Origin: a virus
Lineage: Duplodnaviria > Caudoviricetes
Length of the DNA stretch: 64,000 nucleotides
Virus record (IMG/VR): IMGVR_UViG_3300010163_000009
Span: 43,198-107,197 of that record
Direction: 5' to 3' (one strand)
Both the position numbers and the translations under genes were made by a program. Of the stretch, positions 28,866-37,426 are shown piece after piece. The notes beneath the pieces were generated by a model, which saw only the letters and a list, made by a program, of their open reading frames with translations, made no database searches and was not told the origin of the DNA. Position 1 is the stretch's first letter, and the number at the start of each line of letters is the position of its first letter.

Positions 28866-31307
28866 ATGGGAACAATTGCAAAAGGAGGAATAACACTTAA
28901 TCCGGTGAACGATGCTTATACAGTATTGCTCACTCCATCTTCGTGTTCTATTTCGGCTGATTTTGACGGCTCTAATCCCGCTTTGGATAATGCTAAAGGT
29001 TCCATTACAGTAAAACGTGGTACTAAAATTGTCCCGTTCAAAGTGAATGAGGTTACATATTCCGCATCTGGTATAAAAGCAAGTTGGAGTACGCAAGAAG
29101 TAACCACAATGCCTTTTGTTATCACCCAGATACCTAACACTGTTTTAGATGGTTTTATAAAGTTTCATATTACTACACAGGACGGATTTAACTATTCTAC
29201 CGAAGTTCAATTTTCTTTTAATATTGTCCGTGAGTCTACAATGCTTGATTGGATTCAGGACTGGGAAGGCAGTAAGACTAAAATCGGTGGCACTTACATA
29301 ATGACGCCGAAACTGTTTGTCGGTAAAAAAGAGGCCGTTCTTGATATGACAGGATTAGAACCAACATGGAAAGAAGGGGCATTGACCGGTGTGTATATCG
29401 GTCCTGATTTGCTTGCTTCCGGTGAAAGCAGCGTCGGTATTTATGGCTACCTCAAAGATGAAAAGATTTTTTATATCAACGCCGATGGTGGATTTATTGG
29501 TGGCTGGACTTTTAATAAAGGAGGGCTTCAGTCTGCTAATGGAGTTGTAAATATATTGTCTGAAGGTTCTATATACTCTCAGAATCCCGATTCTGAAATT
29601 CCTTATTGGGGAATTTATGCTAATGGTACCGCATCGTTTGCAAACGGGAACGTGAAATTCTTTTCAGACGGTAGTGCAGAATTTGCAGGTAAAATTACAT
29701 CTATACAAGGAATGATTGGCGGCTGGGCCATCACAAAAAAACAATTGTGTAGTGGAAGAATTTTTTTGGATTCGTCTGAAGGGCTTATCGGTATAAATGC
29801 TTCGGACATACAGCATGTAGATGGGCTTACAGGAGCCTATATATTTCCAGAGACACCTGATGGTGGTCTGAAACTGTGGTATAGTTCTGCAACTGATTTC
29901 GGCATGGCAGGTTGGACTACTGGAGAAAAGGTATTTCAATTGGGCTCTACTAATTTTATTGCTGGATGGAGTTTCAATCATCAGGCAATATGGACTGGTG
30001 CTGAAGCACCATCATTAACACAGGGTGGTTATACTTCGGATTCTAATGCACTCACCATTGCTCCAAATGGCATCCGCAGTTCCAAATGGTATGTGGATGC
30101 TAATGGTACCGCATCGTTTGTCGGTGGTTCTGTGAAATTTAATACAGAAAACGCAGAGATGTTTGGGTGGCTGATGAGAAATGGCCGCTTTTCATCTAAA
30201 CACGCCGCTCTAATTTCAGATGATTACGATGCAGGAGTCTATGTTTCTGTTGCCGACATTAGCGAAGTTAGCGGAGTAAATTTAAGAAGTACAATCAGTA
30301 ATAATGGTGGTATTTATTTGTACTCCGATGGCGAAAACTCAATTATGCGTGCTTACGATAAATCCGGAAATATTGGCTTTTTCTTGAGCACGTCTGGATA
30401 TAACGCCATTTCCAGCTGGGCGTTTGATGCAACTGCAATTTATATTGGCTCCAAGAACCTTTCCCAAGAAGGTTATATAGCGGCAGAAGGTTCAATGGCT
30501 CTGATGTCGTCTGGTATATTTGGTTATAAGTGGAAGTTTCTTGCAGATGGTTCAGGAGCCTTAGCAGGTGGTAAAATCAATTGGGACAAGGACGGGAATA
30601 TTAATGTCGATGCCAAGATTAGCGCAAATAATATTACAGCTGGAACTATATCTACAGCGTCTATAAAATGTGAAGGAAAATGGTATCTGAGCCAAAATGG
30701 TGACGGCTATATTGCAAGCAAAAATATTGAGTGGGACAAAGATGGTAATATGAATGTTAAAGGCTCATTTAGCCAAAATATTCATTACGTTTATAAATGT
30801 GACGTTACTATCGTTTCACGAGTACAGGGTAACTTAGAAGATGAGGTTGAATTAAAATTAAATAATCATTTATACTTAGCTACAAACGTATTGGATGAAG
30901 CCGATTTTGAGCTTTGGTATAATAGTAAAATTTTGGGTGGTAATGAATGGCCATATCAGTTGGATTATGGACATTATTACACTATTCGTCTTCCATTAAA
31001 TTATAAGTTTATTGGAAAAGAAGTTAAAATTTACGACTGTAATTATGGACCGTTTACCAGACAGATTTACGGTTGGTGTAATACAACGATTAAAGTTGAA
31101 AATGACGTGGCTTTTGTCGCAAAAATCACTTACGAAGACGATTATTCCAGAAATAATTTATGGAAGTCTATAACAATTAGAGGGGGGTGTGCTTCTTTTG
31201 TTTGTATTCCAACTACTAATGGTGGCCTTACTTGGATATGTGTGGATTTTTATGGAGCTAAGTGTGAGGGTGTTGATGTAAAAGGGCAAATACATTATGA
31301 TTTATAA
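28866..31307 (+). CDS. Tail fibre/tail protein with repeated IGGW and DGSG/A modules
   Basis: 813 aa of Gly/Trp beta repeats, with a distinct AT-rich C-terminal domain. Confidence 0.65.
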   Translation: MGTIAKGGITLNPVNDAYTVLLTPSSCSISADFDGSNPALDNAKGSITVKRGTKIVPFKVNEVTYSASGIKASWSTQEVTTMPFVITQIPNTVLDGFIKFHITTQDGFNYSTEVQFSFNIVRESTMLDWIQDWEGSKTKIGGTYIMTPKLFVGKKEAVLDMTGLEPTWKEGALTGVYIGPDLLASGESSVGIYGYLKDEKIFYINADGGFIGGWTFNKGGLQSANGVVNILSEGSIYSQNPDSEIPYWGIYANGTASFANGNVKFFSDGSAEFAGKITSIQGMIGGWAITKKQLCSGRIFLDSSEGLIGINASDIQHVDGLTGAYIFPETPDGGLKLWYSSATDFGMAGWTTGEKVFQLGSTNFIAGWSFNHQAIWTGAEAPSLTQGGYTSDSNALTIAPNGIRSSKWYVDANGTASFVGGSVKFNTENAEMFGWLMRNGRFSSKHAALISDDYDAGVYVSVADISEVSGVNLRSTISNNGGIYLYSDGENSIMRAYDKSGNIGFFLSTSGYNAISSWAFDATAIYIGSKNLSQEGYIAAEGSMALMSSGIFGYKWKFLADGSGALAGGKINWDKDGNINVDAKISANNITAGTISTASIKCEGKWYLSQNGDGYIASKNIEWDKDGNMNVKGSFSQNIHYVYKCDVTIVSRVQGNLEDEVELKLNNHLYLATNVLDEADFELWYNSKILGGNEWPYQLDYGHYYTIRLPLNYKFIGKEVKIYDCNYGPFTRQIYGWCNTTIKVENDVAFVAKITYEDDYSRNNLWKSITIRGGCASFVCIPTTNGGLTWICVDFYGAKCEGVDVKGQIHYDL
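29617..30120 (+). repeat. Exact 24-bp direct repeat ATGCTAATGGTACCGCATCGTTTG (29617-29640 and 30097-30120)
   Basis: Identical copies 480 bp apart, in the same frame. Confidence 0.9.
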
Positions 31308-31312
31308 ATATA

Positions 31313-31993
31313 ATGCGTAGAGATATTGAAATACATATTATAACCGGTGATGTTGCTATCATCCCTCAGAACAAAATCAAAATAAGAGAGTTCCGATGGG
31401 TTGATGAACCGACATTGTTATCTCGCTATATTTATGGCGAGGTAGATGTGCCATATACTCTCAGTGAGCGAACGGTTCGGAATCAAGGTGTTCATTTTAT
31501 TGTTCCTTATACACCAAAGTACAAAGAATTTATGATTCGAGTACGCCGAGTAAATGAGGACGGATCGTTTGTTTATGTAAATAACGATGTAGATGGTTCA
31601 CAGTGGTTTTTGGTTAAGTCATCGGTATATGGAACAGCATTAAGGAATGTGTTTGCATCCGAATTGCCGACAATTTCCGAGGATAGTTTCTTTGTTATGC
31701 TCAAAAGCGGCATTGCTCAACTATATGCAAGCAGCCAATCGGATTTTAATATTATCAAAGCAGGACGACAGAACGCAAATTGCTTGCTTGCCTGTTTTCC
31801 TGGCGGCAATTATCGTTACCCGCTGACAGGAGTCGGCTTGGCACGCTGGATTAACTCTAATAATGTAGCATCAGCCAGCTTAACCAAAGTGCTTCAGGAC
31901 GAATTTAGTGCAGATGGCGTAACTATTCGCAATGCAGCCTACAATTACGAGACTCAACAAATTGAGTTGGACGCTAAAGATTTGGAGGAATAA
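31313..31993 (+). CDS. Baseplate wedge protein (gp25/GpW-like C-terminus)
   Basis: LL..PG...RYPLTGVGL...DG motif. Confidence 0.6.
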   Translation: MRRDIEIHIITGDVAIIPQNKIKIREFRWVDEPTLLSRYIYGEVDVPYTLSERTVRNQGVHFIVPYTPKYKEFMIRVRRVNEDGSFVYVNNDVDGSQWFLVKSSVYGTALRNVFASELPTISEDSFFVMLKSGIAQLYASSQSDFNIIKAGRQNANCLLACFPGGNYRYPLTGVGLARWINSNNVASASLTKVLQDEFSADGVTIRNAAYNYETQQIELDAKDLEE

Positions 31994-31994
31994 A

Positions 31995-32897
31995 ATGGCT
32001 ATATATACAGTAAAACCCAATCAGAATCTATTCGATGTTGCCCTGCATTTGTATGGCAGCATCGAAGGATTGTTTGACCTTCTTATCAGTAATCCGGATC
32101 TCAATATGACTTCTGAACTCACGTATGGGCAGGAACTTGTCTATCACGAGGAGTTTGTATTGAATGAATCGATTGTCAGTGAGTTTAAGAATCATAATAT
32201 CACACCGTCATCCGGTTCACGTAAGGTCTATTTCAAACGTCCAGACGAAGACTTGATATTCTTGATAGGAGTTAATGCGGATATGGCTTTTACTGCTTTT
32301 AAAGCGGCAGGGACTGGCGTGATGATTATTGATTGGGGAGATAACTCTGAACTGGAATACATTCATTTGACTGCGCACATTCAATCTATAGAGCATTATT
32401 TTGATAATGAAACTGAGAAACGCCGCATCCGTATTTATGGAAACACTGACACTCTTAAATTCACCCAGCTTGATACTACAGGATTGGGTGGCGCTCTGCT
32501 TTTATGTAAGCCTGTAGTCGTGGATGAATATGCTTGTACAAATCAAGGATATTCACTTGTCGGATTGTCTATGTTTGAAAGAACATATAAATTGGATCTA
32601 CATTCGACTACTATTGATAATCTCTTGCCGATTGGCGATATGAGCCTTCAGGAACTTGATTTGACTGGTGTACATTTTTTATATGACAATACAGTCGATG
32701 ATTATCTGGAATATATTGTAGCTCATCACGCAGATCGTCGTCCTTGTACAGTACGCCTTACGACAGAGCCTTCAGCAAGAGGTTATTCTGCAATTGACAC
32801 AATTCTAAGTGAACCGGAGTGGAATATCTCCGATACATGGAAATTTTATATTAACAATCAACTATACCAACCTAACAATGGCACGGACACTGAGTGA
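31995..32897 (+). CDS. LysM/P2 gpX-like baseplate protein with C-terminal extension
   Basis: Start moved to MAIYTVKPNQNLFDVALHLYGS, a LysM-like motif. Confidence 0.65.
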   Translation: MAIYTVKPNQNLFDVALHLYGSIEGLFDLLISNPDLNMTSELTYGQELVYHEEFVLNESIVSEFKNHNITPSSGSRKVYFKRPDEDLIFLIGVNADMAFTAFKAAGTGVMIIDWGDNSELEYIHLTAHIQSIEHYFDNETEKRRIRIYGNTDTLKFTQLDTTGLGGALLLCKPVVVDEYACTNQGYSLVGLSMFERTYKLDLHSTTIDNLLPIGDMSLQELDLTGVHFLYDNTVDDYLEYIVAHHADRRPCTVRLTTEPSARGYSAIDTILSEPEWNISDTWKFYINNQLYQPNNGTDTE

Positions 32898-33786
32898 AAT
32901 ATACGCCGAGGCTAAGGATTGCCGTAATAGTTATCTTGAGCTAACAGAGTTTGAGAATAGCTCCAAGATGTCAATACTTGATGCGTTTACATGGGTCACA
33001 TCAGCATGTATATGGACTTTTGAAAACATAATGGATGTCTTCAAGATAGACCTTGCTAAAGACCTTCAGAATCGAATCAACGGAACTCCTGCATATTTTG
33101 CAAACGCATTGTTGAAATATCAGTCCGGAGATGATCTGGTGATGAATGAGGATGGCACAGCTTTTTCTTATCCGAATATTGATGCTTCCAAACGTGTAGT
33201 CACAAAGGTGGCTTATTTCGAGGAAGAAGAGGCTGGGTTCCACGATAAAGTAGTTCGTTTTAAAATTGCTACAGGACAGCCTGGTGCTTATTCTCGTATT
33301 GAGGAGGACGAATTAGTGGCAATTAGGAGTTATCTTAATCAAATATTGTTTGCCGGTCAGCACGCAAGAGTTGTCAGTCGTATCGGGGATGTGCTTATCC
33401 CGAGAGTGGTGGTGTATTATGATGGAGCTGTCACGGAAGATGAATTATATCAAGAAATAGAGAACGCTCTAAACGATTATATCGCCAATATCGAGTTTAA
33501 CGGCCTTGTTTACGCCCAGAAAGTGATTGACAGCATACAAAATGTTGAACACGTAACAGACGTATCGATATCTTCAGATGATACAGATTATCAAGGTATA
33601 TTTGTTGCCAAATATGATGACGACAATCATCTTATCAAGGACGAGAAAGGCAATGTTCAGACCAAAATCGGGCGTTATTATATTCCAAACTCAGGGTATA
33701 TTAAACAAAGTTCCTGTGCCGGAGAGGAGGCCGATATTCCTTTATGGCGTGACACAATAATTCTTAAACTGGAGGATAATGTATGA
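32878..33786 (+). CDS. Baseplate wedge protein (gpJ-like)
   Basis: Start MARTLSEI; C-terminal I.NALNDYI.NIEFNG...DSIQNVE.V.DV motif. Confidence 0.7.
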   Translation: MARTLSEIYAEAKDCRNSYLELTEFENSSKMSILDAFTWVTSACIWTFENIMDVFKIDLAKDLQNRINGTPAYFANALLKYQSGDDLVMNEDGTAFSYPNIDASKRVVTKVAYFEEEEAGFHDKVVRFKIATGQPGAYSRIEEDELVAIRSYLNQILFAGQHARVVSRIGDVLIPRVVVYYDGAVTEDELYQEIENALNDYIANIEFNGLVYAQKVIDSIQNVEHVTDVSISSDDTDYQGIFVAKYDDDNHLIKDEKGNVQTKIGRYYIPNSGYIKQSSCAGEEADIPLWRDTIILKLEDNV

Positions 33787-34316
33787 GGTATTTTATCAAC
33801 TTTGATAAGACGATAAATCAGCTTGTACCCTACTATATCGGTGGACGTAAACTGATTCTGTACCTACAAGCGTTGATGTCACCATTGAGGCGGCTCAATG
33901 ATGATTTTGTAACATACGCCAAAGAAACAAGAATCGAAGCTGCCATGACCTCTCAGATTTTTAAGTTTGAATGGTACCTTAATCGTAAATTTAGAAAGTA
34001 TTTTGCTAACGGTGGACGTATCTCAATTAAAAATTCAGAAAGTCTTGGTGCTCCGATTTACAAGGAATCTGCCAACATTGATGTGAGCCAGAATATACTT
34101 GTTTATTATGATAATGAAACAGACATAACTCGCCAGTTGGTTCTATATCGTAGCGATGAGCAGACAGAAGAAAGTAGTGTTAGCTTCATCGTGACAACTC
34201 CTCAAATTGATACAAAGCTTATTTCAGAGCAAAAATATGTCGCAATGCTGAAATATGTCATTGACAGGTATCGGCTTGCCAATAAAACTTATATTATCAA
34301 ATACGAATCGAAATGA
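33783..34316 (+). CDS. Baseplate wedge protein (gpI-like)
   Basis: Lies between the gpJ-like and fibre genes; SQ...EWYLN.KF and YRLA.K.Y.I motifs. Confidence 0.6.
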   Translation: MRYFINFDKTINQLVPYYIGGRKLILYLQALMSPLRRLNDDFVTYAKETRIEAAMTSQIFKFEWYLNRKFRKYFANGGRISIKNSESLGAPIYKESANIDVSQNILVYYDNETDITRQLVLYRSDEQTEESSVSFIVTTPQIDTKLISEQKYVAMLKYVIDRYRLANKTYIIKYESK

Positions 34317-36073
34317 AAGAATTTAGCGCACAAACAGGTGGACGCTACACCTATGCTGATGATCTGGAAAACCTTCAGGATTTGGCGTTAGCTTTCGCTC
34401 AGATTTTCGATGACTGTGACAATTTCATAGTAAGTGGATGCGAAATAACATCAGGGGCTATTAGTGCCGGTTATGTGTTCCTGAATGGTAAACTACGTTA
34501 TTTCTCTGGTGCTACCGGAATTACGTCATGGCCTCAGTACATCTATGAATTAAACTCAACGGAAAATGTGACTTATGAGAGTGGTGGTTCTAAAATAGGA
34601 CGTAACATCTATGGGTGTGCCATTGCCAAGTCCGTTCCTGTTAAGCAAGACGAGCTCACAGGGAAAGCACTTCAATCAATTACTATTACATCTAATGGAG
34701 GTTTACGCATGAAGGATGCTTTTATTGGGAAATATGCCCTTCTGCTAAATCCGGCAAGTGGTTCGCAAACCGTTGACAGTATTGTGAATTTTGTTAAGGC
34801 AATCAATGCGGGCAGTGATATTACCGCAAACAAAAATGTCATCATAAAATCTGGCGCGATTAAAACTGAAATGAGTTACGATGGTAGCACGTTTAGCGTC
34901 AAATATACTGGCGATTCCAACAATTATCAGTTATCGTTAATAGATGGTATTGGTTTCCGTTTCTACGCCAACGGTACTTTAATTGCAACAATAGGTTCAT
35001 CTTCTATAACATTTAGCCAACCTGTTTCTGCAAGTAAAGGCATATTTGGCGGGCTGGTGCTGACTGGTAATCAAATCTATCAGGGAACAGCTAATGCGGT
35101 TGGAGAGATTGGGATTAACGTATATGGTTATAATGGAGATACTACTCAATTTAGAAACACTCATATTGGGAATGGTAAAGGTAAAATTGTTTTTAGTATA
35201 ACCGGTTCTGACGGGAGTGTGAATATATATGGCGTTACTAAGATTGATGCTGGTACTACCGATGGACTCATTCTGAAAGCAAATATGTTGAAGGAAAATA
35301 ATAGCCTGACAAACGCAATTTCTTGGCGTGATTCTGCCAATGCTGTAATGGCACGTGTTGGGTTCATTAATACCACAGATCAGACATTTTCCATTTCTGC
35401 ATCTGCATATAATATAAGCATTGCAGGTCATACCACGGTCAATATTGGTCCAGCTATTATGGAAAATGGAGTGTTGCTTTCTGAAAAGTATGCTACAGTT
35501 ACTAATTTGACTGAAGGCTTAGAGAAAAAAGCCAATTCATCGGACGTGTACACCCAGACTCAGGCTAATAAGAAGTTTGCAGTCAAAACAGAAGGACTCC
35601 TTCAGTTTGTGACATCTAATGTAAGTGAAGCCGACTGCCGTTCTCACATTGGTGCTATAGGTAAAAGCGATTTAAACTCTTACGCGAAACTGGAAAATTA
35701 TCTTTCTGATATGGCAACGGATGAGGCAGAGAAACAGACAATTCGTAATAACATCGGTGCTGCCGGTGTTGGAGACTTCCAACCTAAGTTATCTGATTCT
35801 GGCTGGAAGCACATCAAAGATTCGCTTTACGTCCGACAAATTGGTAATATCGTTTGCATACAAGGTTCTATAAAAACCGTTCATTCGGGTACGGTATTTA
35901 CCATTCCGAATACAATATCAGCTCCAAGCCATGCGGTTAAATATACCATCGCATTTAACAATAATAGAAACTGGGTTTGTAAAATAGAAGCCGGTCAAAG
36001 AGCATGTACAGTTGTCTATTGTAATGGAAGCTGCGGAAACTCTACACAATTTTCAATCACATATATGGTATAA
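34313..36073 (+). CDS. Tail fibre protein
   Basis: N-terminal GG....DDL..LQ / SGC...I..GYV.LNG baseplate-attachment motif; C-terminal DSGW...VRQIGNIVCIQG domain. Confidence 0.7.
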   Translation: MKEFSAQTGGRYTYADDLENLQDLALAFAQIFDDCDNFIVSGCEITSGAISAGYVFLNGKLRYFSGATGITSWPQYIYELNSTENVTYESGGSKIGRNIYGCAIAKSVPVKQDELTGKALQSITITSNGGLRMKDAFIGKYALLLNPASGSQTVDSIVNFVKAINAGSDITANKNVIIKSGAIKTEMSYDGSTFSVKYTGDSNNYQLSLIDGIGFRFYANGTLIATIGSSSITFSQPVSASKGIFGGLVLTGNQIYQGTANAVGEIGINVYGYNGDTTQFRNTHIGNGKGKIVFSITGSDGSVNIYGVTKIDAGTTDGLILKANMLKENNSLTNAISWRDSANAVMARVGFINTTDQTFSISASAYNISIAGHTTVNIGPAIMENGVLLSEKYATVTNLTEGLEKKANSSDVYTQTQANKKFAVKTEGLLQFVTSNVSEADCRSHIGAIGKSDLNSYAKLENYLSDMATDEAEKQTIRNNIGAAGVGDFQPKLSDSGWKHIKDSLYVRQIGNIVCIQGSIKTVHSGTVFTIPNTISAPSHAVKYTIAFNNNRNWVCKIEAGQRACTVVYCNGSCGNSTQFSITYMV

Positions 36074-36075
36074 AA

Positions 36076-36285
36076 ATGAAAACGTACAATTCACCTGCAC
36101 AGGCTCGCAATTTGCGAGAAATTGAGGCCGCTGCTGCCTCTCCAGTAATTAACATTATTCCAGAAATTAATGGCACTATTCAACCCGTACAAACCGCTGA
36201 AGAAGGGGAAAAAGAGAGGCCGGAAGCCGAAACCGAAATCCCCGCCAAAAAAACGCGGACGAAAAAGAATACCAAGGAAGTTTGA
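36076..36285 (+). CDS. Hypothetical protein overlapping the next gene
   Basis: 69 aa; starts 2 nt after the fibre stop codon; overlaps the next ORF by 116 nt. Confidence 0.45.
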   Translation: MKTYNSPAQARNLREIEAAAASPVINIIPEINGTIQPVQTAEEGEKERPEAETEIPAKKTRTKKNTKEV

Positions 36286-36577
36286 TGAGGTTCCACTTGG
36301 TTATAATCTGCGGCTCAATGCCCCATTAGAGTTCGATCTTATCATGCAAGTGGTCGGAGTCAATGGGGTTCCAGATGCAGATTTGGTAGAGGTGATCAGC
36401 TATTCGTCTAAGAATCCATACTTCCGAACTGAGGATTTTAGACGTTTTTTGATTTTGTACAGAAATGAAGGGTGTTATGCAGAACATCCGAAGAAACCTC
36501 CAAAACCTCAGACCATTGTGGCTGCCATCAATCGAAGAAAAAAATGCAGTAAAAGAATTAAATTGAAACTGTATTAA
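36170..36577 (+). CDS. Basic protein with AT-hook-like RGRK motifs (putative DNA-binding)
   Basis: KKRGRKPK and KKRGRKR motifs; ends at the terminator. Confidence 0.55.
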   Translation: MALFNPYKPLKKGKKRGRKPKPKSPPKKRGRKRIPRKFDEVPLGYNLRLNAPLEFDLIMQVVGVNGVPDADLVEVISYSSKNPYFRTEDFRRFLILYRNEGCYAEHPKKPPKPQTIVAAINRRKKCSKRIKLKLY

Positions 36578-36612
36578 AAAAGTGCGAATGATAGAATTGT
36601 TCGCACTTTTTT
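36576..36612. terminator. Bidirectional-type terminator ending the structural operon
   Basis: AAAAAAGTGCGAA / TTCGCACTTTTTT 13-bp inverted repeat. Confidence 0.75.
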
Positions 36613-36634
36613 CACGCTCTTGAAAATTTTTGAT

Positions 36635-36642
36635 TACCTTTG
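36635..36642 (+). promoter_or_regulatory. Bacteroidota sigma-A type -7 element (TACCTTTG)
   Basis: Matches TAnnTTTG upstream of thyX-nrdD-nrdG; no clear -33 element. Confidence 0.55.
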
Positions 36643-36703
36643 TACTGTATTTCAAATTGATTTCGTACAGAATCCGCTTTAACAATTATGCAAATCCCTG
36701 CAA

Positions 36704-37426
36704 ATGAAGAACTTTACTGTGTCTGTACGAAAACTTACAGACTTAGAACTTTTACAGGAGGCGTGTGCGACGACATTTTTGGGAACCAGTCACGCAACAC
36801 TAATTTCCCTTTATAAGTCTGAACACTCTCCAGTGCGAACTCAGCTATTTTGGATAAGCCTCAAAAACATTCCACTTTACATTAGTACGCACCTGATTCG
36901 TCACCACGTCGGGTCGGTTCCTTTCCAATTAACTTGTCGAGATGACAGAAGTGGTGGCAATCCCGGTTTGCCCGGCAAGATTGATTCAGTCGTTGAACGA
37001 TTGAAGGGTTTGGTTGATGTCTGGTATAAGGGCGGTGCATTCATCGACAACCATCAGCATGAAATAGATTTTATCTATAAAGAGCTGGAGTGGCTTAAAA
37101 ACAATGCTGACCGTGAAACACCTGTCAACCTCAGTCTTTGTATAAATGCTCAGTCATTGATTGATATGGCTAAGTTGAGACTATGTACAGGATGTGCGTC
37201 GCCCGGCACCGTAGTTGTATTCCAGGCGATAAAAGATGAAATTTTAAAAGTTGACCCAGATTTGGCTTCAACAATGGTGCGCAAATGCGTATATCGAGGT
37301 GGCATTTGCGGAGAGCCAAGATGCTGTGGATTTAACGGAACCCAAAAATTCCGTGAAGAATTGTCCCAATATTTATCCAATTTCAATGAAAAACAAAAGG
37401 GGGTACTGCATGAAAACTGTAATTAA
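36704..37426 (+). CDS. thyX: Divergent flavin-dependent thymidylate synthase (ThyX-like)
   Basis: EHSP motif, STHLIRHH...TCR (variant of RHR-x7-S-x-R), and KLRLC; adjacent to nrdD. Confidence 0.65.
   Translation: MKNFTVSVRKLTDLELLQEACATTFLGTSHATLISLYKSEHSPVRTQLFWISLKNIPLYISTHLIRHHVGSVPFQLTCRDDRSGGNPGLPGKIDSVVERLKGLVDVWYKGGAFIDNHQHEIDFIYKELEWLKNNADRETPVNLSLCINAQSLIDMAKLRLCTGCASPGTVVVFQAIKDEILKVDPDLASTMVRKCVYRGGICGEPRCCGFNGTQKFREELSQYLSNFNEKQKGVLHENCN

Noticed and set aside
28150-36073. Second DGR target (another VR copy)
   Set aside because: No further TR-like sequence or YHWSS..VRP motif was seen in other tail genes by eye; a remote target outside the window is not excluded.
37251-37409. 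N-terminal extension of NrdD given in the ORF track
   Set aside because: It overlaps thyX, and the ATP cone begins at ATG 37410. Similar over-extended starts were trimmed at 16572, 31932, 32809, 40728, 42215 and 45584.
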